Source: Bacteroidaceae bacterium (GTDB lineage: Bacteria; Bacteroidota; Bacteroidia; Bacteroidales; Bacteroidaceae). Taken from it: a stretch of DNA of 64,000 nucleotides. The position numbers were made by a program, and so were the translations under genes. The stretch spans positions 2,571-66,570 of the forward strand of contig JAGCFO010000039.1 of the NCBI GenBank assembly GCA_017650105.1, read 5' to 3'. Position 1 is the stretch's first letter; the number at the start of each line of letters is the position of its first letter. Below, in pieces: positions 9,200-16,398 of the stretch. Under the pieces are notes generated by a model that saw nothing but the letters and a program-made list of their open reading frames with translations, was not told the DNA's origin and did not search any database.

Positions 9200-10918
9200 T
9201 TACTCTTCGCTATCTGTTCCCGGTTCTTCCTCCTGTTCCTCTTCCTCGTCGTTCTCCTCCATCGTAATGGTACGGATCATGCAGTTGTTGGTATCGAGGA
9301 TGTAGAAGATCAACGTATTCTCGCCCGAGATCTTATCGCGATGCACGTCGTTGACAAGTCCTGTGGGACGGTCGAAACGTGCCACATCACGCAGTTCTCC
9401 GTTTTCGGAGCCGTTGGTTTGTCCGTCAGCATGTGTTGCAGCACTTCCTCCCGCATAGGTTGAGATGATGCCTTCGGGTGTCAGATAGCGGATGGCGTTG
9501 TTCCTACTGTCGCAGAAGTAGAAATCATACACATCGCCATATCCGGCAGCCTCGTAGCTGTCGTTCTTGACAAACGTTCCCTGATAGGGGCGCGACACCT
9601 TTGCACTCTGCCCCACGCCGTCTTCGAATCCTGCAGCGCCGAGCTGTCCTGCAATGACGTACGGTGTGGAGAAGCGATGGGTGTTGTAGTTATAGTCGGT
9701 GCGAAGGATGTACTCTCTGTTGATGACAACTATGTAAGCATAATCTCCCGAAGGATGAATGTCAATCTGGCACTCATAAGCGTTGTCCTGCACCTTGAAG
9801 AGACGCTCGAAGGCAGGATTCTCCAACGCATTGGGCTCCCAGGCGGCATTTGCCTCCTTGTCAGGCAAAGTTGCCCAGTACTGATCCATATCAAGTCGGA
9901 GGATTTCACCCTGAGTGTAGCTGTTGAAATAAAGCTCGCCATTGGGATGCAGGTAAGCACCGTTGCACTGATTGTAAGCGCCTATCAGCTTGTGAGGAGA
10001 GTTGTTGTTGAATTCTGCCGTAGACTTGTCTCTGTCGACAATCCAGATGGCAGGAGCTCGGAACTCGCTGTTCCAGCAGTCAACGGATACGATAAGGTGC
10101 TCGCGCCAGCGGAGCTGCTCGGGAACAGCCGTTGCCAGCCAGGATTCGGTAGCAAAATAAGTAGGATTGCCATCCTCATCCTCACCCGTCTGCATCATTT
10201 CGCCATAGTCGGAGTAGGCGTAAGGATCGACAGCGAAGTCGATGGTACGCATACGCTCGCTATTGAACATGCTGATGTTGATGATGGTCTTCACCTCATG
10301 CTTTTCCAAGTCGATAAGTTGGATACCGTGCTGATTCTCACCCAAACGGGGCTCCTTGTCATAGAGGACAAAAAGCTGGTTGTGGTTGTAGGGCGAGAAC
10401 TGCATCACGCCGTCGTTGCGGAAGCCTGAGCATGTCTCGAACGAGCCGTCGGCCCAACCTTGATCATTACGTTCGTTCTTGTACCCACAAAGCTTTCCGA
10501 CTACCATCTTACGCTGATACTCGAACTTGTCCTTTGCCTGCACCGTTTGTGAACGGAGGCTGTCACCGATGGTGAGGACAATCTCTCCTGTGAAAGCGCC
10601 CGAAGGCACATAGCAGTAAAACACGTCGTTTTTCACACTTGCGATTACGGCGTCTTTACCTCCGATTGTCAAATGAAGCAGACTCTTGTCGTTTCCGAAG
10701 TTGCTTCCGTGGATGACAAGCTGCTGCCCCACGCCGCCTGATGAAGGAGTAAAGCTCGTAATCGTGACGGGTTTCGACGGGTCATAAGGCTCCGTCTCCT
10801 GCACACCCACGTAGTCTTCCGCCGTTGTGGCTCCGTCGCATCCCGCAAGGGAAAGCAATCCCACGCCACATGCCAGACTTACCAGCAGCGAGTGTACGAT
10901 TCTTTTTGTCATTTTCAT
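9200..10918 (-). CDS. IPT/TIG domain lipoprotein with beta-propeller (NHL-like) region and a polyacidic C-terminal tail
   Basis: Lipobox LLSLAGCDG. IPT/TIG signature VTITSFTPSSGGVGQQLVIHGSNFG. C-terminus EENDEEEEQEEEPGTDSEE. Its position directly upstream of SusC is typical of this class. Confidence 0.8.
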   Translation of the reverse strand: MKMTKRIVHSLLVSLACGVGLLSLAGCDGATTAEDYVGVQETEPYDPSKPVTITSFTPSSGGVGQQLVIHGSNFGNDKSLLHLTIGGKDAVIASVKNDVFYCYVPSGAFTGEIVLTIGDSLRSQTVQAKDKFEYQRKMVVGKLCGYKNERNDQGWADGSFETCSGFRNDGVMQFSPYNHNQLFVLYDKEPRLGENQHGIQLIDLEKHEVKTIINISMFNSERMRTIDFAVDPYAYSDYGEMMQTGEDEDGNPTYFATESWLATAVPEQLRWREHLIVSVDCWNSEFRAPAIWIVDRDKSTAEFNNNSPHKLIGAYNQCNGAYLHPNGELYFNSYTQGEILRLDMDQYWATLPDKEANAAWEPNALENPAFERLFKVQDNAYECQIDIHPSGDYAYIVVINREYILRTDYNYNTHRFSTPYVIAGQLGAAGFEDGVGQSAKVSRPYQGTFVKNDSYEAAGYGDVYDFYFCDSRNNAIRYLTPEGIISTYAGGSAATHADGQTNGSENGELRDVARFDRPTGLVNDVHRDKISGENTLIFYILDTNNCMIRTITMEENDEEEEQEEEPGTDSEE

Positions 10919-10949
10919 GAGATTGATTATTTAGTTAGATGTTCCTTAT

Positions 10950-13490
10950 TCATTTCTTGGATTTCTTTGCTGACTCTGCCTGCGGTACGAGCTTGTCAAC
11001 CAAGACGCGCATCCAATATCCTCCGATAACGCTGCGGGCCTTGAAGCCTACCATGCGTGCTGTCTTAGTGTCGCTCCAGTCGCTGATGGGCACGCGTGAA
11101 GGAGTCTCGTTGATGTAGGTATAGAGAGGAGCCACAAACTTGCCGAACTGGCTCATGTCGGATGCCATTCCTGCCGTCCACATTATCCAGTCGCTCTTGG
11201 TGTAGTCTTTGCGGCAGTCGAGAGGAAGTCCGTACTTGTTCTGCTTGGTGAGGTAGTATTTCACCTCACGTTCCATAGCGTCGTTCGGGAAGATGCCGGT
11301 ATCCCACAGCTTATCCCAAATCATGTTGTACTTCTGACTCCAGGTGTCGCTTCTGTCGAAAGCCAGACGGTAATGATCGCCTTCACGTGCGTTGTTTTCC
11401 CAGATGGCGCCCATCTTCTTGGCTATTCCCATATACTCTTCAGCAACCTTGTCGAGTCCCTTCATCTGAGCCATGATGGCATATCCTGTTACGCCCATGA
11501 TAGCTTTCACCGAGAGGTTGGTGTTGTGAGCCCAATGCCCGGCAAAGTCGTCGGTGCAGAGCTGGTTGGCAGGATCCTGCCCGTTTTCGACAAGGTAGTT
11601 TGCCCAAGTGGTGATGATTTCCCAGTATTTGTCGACGTACTGCGTGTTGCCGTCAAGCATGCACAGCATAGCAGCAAGCGTGAGCATGTTGCCAGCTTCC
11701 TCCAGAGGCATGTCGCCCCCGTATACCTGCCCGTTTGCCTTGGGATAGGTGCCCAGGTCGTGTGCGGCAAAGGGTTTGGTCCAGCGCCCGCTGAGGCTGT
11801 AGTCGAAGATGGATGTCATCATTGCCTTCTGCAGCTCGGGATTGTAGCAGAGGAACAGCGGAGCTTCGGGATAGGTGAGGTCAACCGTGTTGACGCAGCC
11901 GTTGGAGTTGTTCTCCTTCGAGAAGAAGAGGAGGTTGCCTTCGTCGTCCTTGAAGAGTTTGTGGGCAGCTATCACGTGGCGATACGAGCCGCTCAGTATC
12001 TCGGCATACTGCACGCCGCCTGATGCAAGTCCGTCGTCGTAGATTTGTCGGTCAAGGGCCTGACAGCGTTCCATTATGGAAGCATACTCACGCTCAAGGC
12101 GCTCCATCATGTCGAAAATGCTTACGTTTCCGTCGTGAGCCCAGTAGGCTTTGTAGTTTTTGTACATATACTGGATGTCCCAAATCTCATCGTAGCCTAT
12201 AAGCATGTGCGACGAGGCTTTGCTGACGCTGCCGAAATCGTGGAGGTATGCCAAAGCGGGCATCTGTGAGGGCATACGGCTCATCACCTTCTCCTGCGAT
12301 TCGGGCAGGCTGCCTGATGAGAGGAACGCTTGCTTCACATCCTGCTCTGTCCCCAGGCATACGCTGCCGTTATAGTCGGGAATATAGAGGTAGCCCCAGT
12401 CGATGCAGATTCCGTCGCCCGTCTTGGCAAGAATGGGCTGCTCGATGGTGCCTGCCTTCACATACTTCACGCTGCCCTTGCTTACCGTCTCGCTCACAGT
12501 CGGCTGAGCCATCTTGTTGAGGGCGAGCTGCGGGGTAGTGCTGATGAGCAGCTGAGTATTGTGCTCTTTTCCGTCGGTGCTGCGTACCTGATAGCTGATG
12601 TAGTTGGCTGGGCTGGAGAGGAGGTCGTAGTCGTCGATGAGCATCGGTGCCGTGAAGACGACATCGAGTTCCACAGGGCCGCAAGCGAAAGTATAATAGG
12701 ATGAGGTTGCCAGCACATCGACGCTTTTCTGCGAGGCTGTCTGGATAGCGCGGGTATCGAGTCCGATGTTGCGGAAGAGGCCGAAGTCGAGGTAAGCTCC
12801 TCCCGTCGTGTTGTGGCAATGAGCGGCAATAACGTTCTTACCCACATGAAGGGAACGCTTCTGTGCCTCGGTAAGCTGCAGCTTGACGCCCTCGCGCCAG
12901 ATCTCCACGTTGCCTGTGTCGTAGATGTTCTCACCGTTGAACCAGATGGCAAACGTGTCGTCGTGACTGAAGACGAGCCAGATGTCGCCCTTCAGGTCAT
13001 CGGCAGTAAGCTCAATCGTTCGGCGCACATAGATGTCGCTGTTGGTGTCGCTCCAGCGGGTGCGCACAAATGAGAGGTCGGGCGAGCCGAAGGCAGCCTG
13101 GCGTGTCTGCCACTGGCTGTCGTCAAATTCGGGAGCTATCCAGTTGCCCTTGGGTGTCTCGCGGGTAAACTGTCCTCTCCAGGCCTCCTCGTCGGCCATC
13201 GGAACAATTGATTCCATCACCTGGCGCTCGGCACCCATCCAGCGGTAGGTGGTGCCGTCGACACGCAGAAGTCCTTCGATGGATTTCTCATCATCGGTCC
13301 AATGACGGGTAGTGCCGTCGGTAAGCTGATCGTAAGGAGACCAGATGGAAAAATAGGGGTCGCTCACCACAAGAGGCACCGAGGGAAGTCGCAGATCGGT
13401 AGCCTGATAGGGTTTGAAGAAGTCGGCTTTCTGCGCGCAGGCAGTCAGCGAAAGGATAACCGCAAGGGCGGCAAGATGTGATTTTTTCAT
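10950..13490 (-). CDS. Glutaminase-A-like (DUF4964/DUF5127/DUF4965/DUF1793 architecture) putative glycoside hydrolase, lipoprotein
   Basis: ORF 10950..13580, trimmed to MKKSHLAALAVILSLTACAQ (ATG at 13488-13490). It shows strong paralogy to the N-terminal 850 aa of the 19175..23602 product, for example LRLPSVPLVVSDPYFSIWSPYDQLTDGTTRHWT and FFSKENNSNGCVNTVDLTYP. The family assignment is from memory of the domain architecture. Confidence 0.8.
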   Translation of the reverse strand: MKKSHLAALAVILSLTACAQKADFFKPYQATDLRLPSVPLVVSDPYFSIWSPYDQLTDGTTRHWTDDEKSIEGLLRVDGTTYRWMGAERQVMESIVPMADEEAWRGQFTRETPKGNWIAPEFDDSQWQTRQAAFGSPDLSFVRTRWSDTNSDIYVRRTIELTADDLKGDIWLVFSHDDTFAIWFNGENIYDTGNVEIWREGVKLQLTEAQKRSLHVGKNVIAAHCHNTTGGAYLDFGLFRNIGLDTRAIQTASQKSVDVLATSSYYTFACGPVELDVVFTAPMLIDDYDLLSSPANYISYQVRSTDGKEHNTQLLISTTPQLALNKMAQPTVSETVSKGSVKYVKAGTIEQPILAKTGDGICIDWGYLYIPDYNGSVCLGTEQDVKQAFLSSGSLPESQEKVMSRMPSQMPALAYLHDFGSVSKASSHMLIGYDEIWDIQYMYKNYKAYWAHDGNVSIFDMMERLEREYASIMERCQALDRQIYDDGLASGGVQYAEILSGSYRHVIAAHKLFKDDEGNLLFFSKENNSNGCVNTVDLTYPEAPLFLCYNPELQKAMMTSIFDYSLSGRWTKPFAAHDLGTYPKANGQVYGGDMPLEEAGNMLTLAAMLCMLDGNTQYVDKYWEIITTWANYLVENGQDPANQLCTDDFAGHWAHNTNLSVKAIMGVTGYAIMAQMKGLDKVAEEYMGIAKKMGAIWENNAREGDHYRLAFDRSDTWSQKYNMIWDKLWDTGIFPNDAMEREVKYYLTKQNKYGLPLDCRKDYTKSDWIMWTAGMASDMSQFGKFVAPLYTYINETPSRVPISDWSDTKTARMVGFKARSVIGGYWMRVLVDKLVPQAESAKKSKK

Positions 13491-13549
13491 ACTGATATGG
13501 TTTGGTTGTCGTTCACGATTGTTTTTGCTGTCGGATGATAATTTACGGG

Positions 13550-13557
13550 CAAAGTTA
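13550..13557 (-). promoter_or_regulatory. Candidate -7 box (TAACTTTG on the minus strand) for the PUL operon
   Basis: The plus strand reads CAAAGTTA, 60 nt upstream of the ATG at 13490. Matches the Bacteroidota sigma-AB consensus TAnnTTTG. Confidence 0.45.
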
Positions 13558-13842
13558 AATAATCTTTTTTTCAACTCCAAACTTTTCTTTCCTCCTTTTA
13601 AATTTTAATTCCCTTTTTCGGAAAACCCGCGATGAAAGCCCTTTTGGCAGAGTCAGCCTCATCCTCTTGCAGAATCTCCCCGGGAGGAGGAGAAAAGTGC
13701 GGATATGTGCCTTTTTTCGGGCGGAAATGGCGAATAGGGAAATGCGCGTTTTGCCACTCTCTCTCGAGTGGGGCATTTGGCTCATTTTGCCCCTTTTCAT
13801 CGGGAAAAATCGCTGCTTTGAGCAAGATGAAATATGCTCAAA

Positions 13843-13927
13843 GAAAAAAAATTTTTCCCTTCTTCATACGGCGATATGAAGAAAGAAAAAATTTTTTTGG
13901 AGAAGGAATAATTTCGGCTCGTTCTCC
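13843..13927. repeat. 21-bp-phased GAAGAAGG-core repeat family, locus A (inverted arrangement) in the divergent PUL / T9SS-cluster control region
   Basis: A8T5-CCCTTCTTC-ATACGGCGATAT-GAAGAAAG-A6T7-GGAGAAGG-AATAATTTCGGCT-CGTTCTCC. Degenerate units (for example CCCTTTTTCGGAAAA, GATGAAAAGGGG on the other strand) continue leftwards to about 13600. Confidence 0.85.
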
Positions 13928-14092
13928 CCACTCTTTCGGCTCTGCGACAATACGCCCGAATTCCTCTCTCCAACCTTAGCGCAACGGGAGTTGAAAGGCA
14001 ATAAAATCCTCTTATTTGCTCTGATAATGCCCTTACCTTATTAAATTAAGGTTTTTTTAGCCTCGCTTTGTGGTAATTCAGATTTTTTGCCG

Positions 14093-14100
14093 TACATTTG
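14093..14100 (+). promoter_or_regulatory. Candidate -7 box TACATTTG for the GH43 gene
   Basis: 30 nt upstream of the ATG at 14131. A TTTG (-33-like) lies at 14067-14070. Confidence 0.5.
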
Positions 14101-14130
14101 CAACAGCAATACAAAAAACTCTAACACTAC

Positions 14131-16263
14131 ATGAAACAGCATCTCACGCTTCTGCTTCTCCTCGTATGCAGCGTTGCCACCCTCTGGGCCGACGACAATC
14201 CTGCCACGTATAGCAACCCCATCATCGGGCGAAGTCTCCCCGACCCTACGGTCATACGCGCTCGCGACGGCATGTTCTACCTCTATGCCACCGAGGACAT
14301 CTATAACACCCCCATCTACCGCTCGCCCGACCTGGTGCATTGGGACTTCGTGGGTACCGCCTTCACAAACAGCACGCGCCCCAAGAAAATCGACGGCAAC
14401 CTTTGGGCTCCCGACATCAACTACATCAACGGCAAATACGTGCTCTACTACAGCAAGTCGAAGTGGGGAGGAGAATGGGAATGCGGCATCGGAGTAGCCA
14501 CGTCGGACTACCCCGAAGGGCCTTTCACCGACGTTGACTCCCTGTTTACCAGCAAAGGCATCGGCGTGCAGAACAGCATCGACCCCTTCTATATCGAGGA
14601 TGAGGGGAAGAAATACCTCTTCTGGGGCAGTTTCCGCGGCATCTACGCCATCGAGCTGAGCGACGACGGACTCAGCATTAAGGAGGGAGCCGAGAAGGTG
14701 AAGATTTCAAGCGGCAGAACCGAAGCCACATACATCATCAAGCACGACGACTACTTCTACCTCATAGGCTCCGCAGGCTCGTGCTGCGAAGGGGCAAAGA
14801 GCACATACAACCTGCTGATGGCGCGCTCGAAAAACATCCTGGGGCCCTATGTGGACCGAACGGGAAAGAAAGCCCTCAACGACGGCTTCTCGCAGCTCCT
14901 GGTAGGCAGCACGAAGGTGATAGGCCCGGGACATAACGCCGAGTTTATGGAGGACGATAACGGCACATTCTTCATCATCTATCACGGCTATGAGGCAAGC
15001 GACCCCGACGGAGGGAGAAAAGTGTTTATGGACCCAATCTCCTGGGACCGAGGCGGTTGGCCTACCGTGCGCAACATGCGCCCTTCGGTTTCGGCCAACG
15101 CGCCTGTGTTCAAGCACAACGTTGAGGGGGAACGGGCTGTAGGCAATCCTGTGCCGCTGGGCGACCCTTTCATCCTCAACGATGAGGGAACCTACTATGC
15201 CTACGGCACTCACGACGAGACAGGCATCGAGGTGTACCGCTCGACAGACCTTGCAAACTGGACTTTCTGCGGGCTGGCAATCGACACCATCGGAAGCAAG
15301 GCATCGGGCAACTTCCGCTCGCCCGAGATACACAAGACGGGCAGCCAGTTTATCCTCTATTACACAGCCGACAACCACATCTACGCTGCCACAGGCTCCA
15401 CCCCTACGGGCCCTTTCGTTGAGCAGGACGGCTACCTGCTCCATCCCGTAATAGCCAACGAAGCTTGCTCCGACGTCACCCGCTTCACAGATGACGACGG
15501 GCTGATGTACCTCTACTTCGTGCGCATCCAAAACGGCATCAGCTCCGTCTGGACCTGCAATCTTGAGGAAGACGGTCTCACGGCAGCTAAACCTCTGCGC
15601 ACCGTCTCTTCTCCTTCCCAAATATGGGAAAGGGAAAAGGGCTCCGTCAACTGCGCACCCTTCGTGCTGAAAAAAGACGACAGATATTTCTTCACTTATA
15701 CTGGAAACGAAGAGTCGAGCCTCAACTGCGGCATCGGATATCTCTATTCCACAACCCTCACGCGCGGCTTGCGCAAATATGGCTACAACCCCATCTGGCA
15801 AAAGCCCGAAGGACTCGGACTAACCGGCACCGCTCACGCCTCGTTCTTCTATAGTCCCGACAGCACTCTCTACTGTGTGTTTGATGCCCACAACAGGGAG
15901 GACAACATCTACCCTCGCCTGATGTACATCAGCACCGCAACTGTTTCTGACGGGGAGCTTCACATCAGCACCGACAACATCATCTCCCCCGTAATCAGCG
16001 GAGACGAGTCGTCGGGAATCTCTCCGATTAAAGCCGACACATATATCATAAGCCCGAAGCGTATTCGCGACTCCTTCACCGTTGAGAGCCTCTCAGGAAA
16101 GCCATTCAGGTGGCAAGTCGTAAGCTTGCACGGGCAAGTAATGAAATCTGGAAACTCTGAAGGAAGCATACGTGTTTCCCTTGCCGACACGCCGCAGGGA
16201 ATGTATATCATCCGACTCACAAACAGCGACGGAGAGTATAGCGAAAAGGTAATCCACATCTAA
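14131..16263 (+). CDS. Tandem GH43-type glycoside hydrolase (two five-bladed-propeller modules) with T9SS C-terminal sorting domain
   Basis: Signal peptide. The first module starts NPIIGRSLPDPTVIRARDGMFYLYATED and the second starts GNPVPLGDPFILNDEGTYYAYGTHDE. The C-terminus QGMYIIRLTNSDGEYSEKVIHI resembles a Por secretion tail. Confidence 0.85.
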   Translation: MKQHLTLLLLLVCSVATLWADDNPATYSNPIIGRSLPDPTVIRARDGMFYLYATEDIYNTPIYRSPDLVHWDFVGTAFTNSTRPKKIDGNLWAPDINYINGKYVLYYSKSKWGGEWECGIGVATSDYPEGPFTDVDSLFTSKGIGVQNSIDPFYIEDEGKKYLFWGSFRGIYAIELSDDGLSIKEGAEKVKISSGRTEATYIIKHDDYFYLIGSAGSCCEGAKSTYNLLMARSKNILGPYVDRTGKKALNDGFSQLLVGSTKVIGPGHNAEFMEDDNGTFFIIYHGYEASDPDGGRKVFMDPISWDRGGWPTVRNMRPSVSANAPVFKHNVEGERAVGNPVPLGDPFILNDEGTYYAYGTHDETGIEVYRSTDLANWTFCGLAIDTIGSKASGNFRSPEIHKTGSQFILYYTADNHIYAATGSTPTGPFVEQDGYLLHPVIANEACSDVTRFTDDDGLMYLYFVRIQNGISSVWTCNLEEDGLTAAKPLRTVSSPSQIWEREKGSVNCAPFVLKKDDRYFFTYTGNEESSLNCGIGYLYSTTLTRGLRKYGYNPIWQKPEGLGLTGTAHASFFYSPDSTLYCVFDAHNREDNIYPRLMYISTATVSDGELHISTDNIISPVISGDESSGISPIKADTYIISPKRIRDSFTVESLSGKPFRWQVVSLHGQVMKSGNSEGSIRVSLADTPQGMYIIRLTNSDGEYSEKVIHI

Positions 16264-16347
16264 AAGAAAGCAAATTCAGAAAAGAAACAGAGAGCACCTA
16301 TTCATAAAATAAAAAAGGAGATTTTTTGCTATTCAAGAAAAATCACC

Positions 16348-16355
16348 TATTTTTG
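16348..16355 (+). promoter_or_regulatory. Candidate -7 box TATTTTTG for the 881-aa protein gene
   Basis: 43 nt upstream of the ATG at 16399. Confidence 0.45.
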
Positions 16356-16398
16356 CCACAAGAAAACAATTTATTCACTCACTTATAAAAAACCGCTT

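Noticed and set aside
13555-13979. Small ORFs in the PUL divergent region (13555..13800-, 13598..13825-, 13632..13979+, 13667..13879+, 13414..13608+).
   Set aside because: They overlap one another in different frames and are generated by low-complexity, repeat-derived sequence. None has a signal peptide, a recognisable motif or a promoter box in front.
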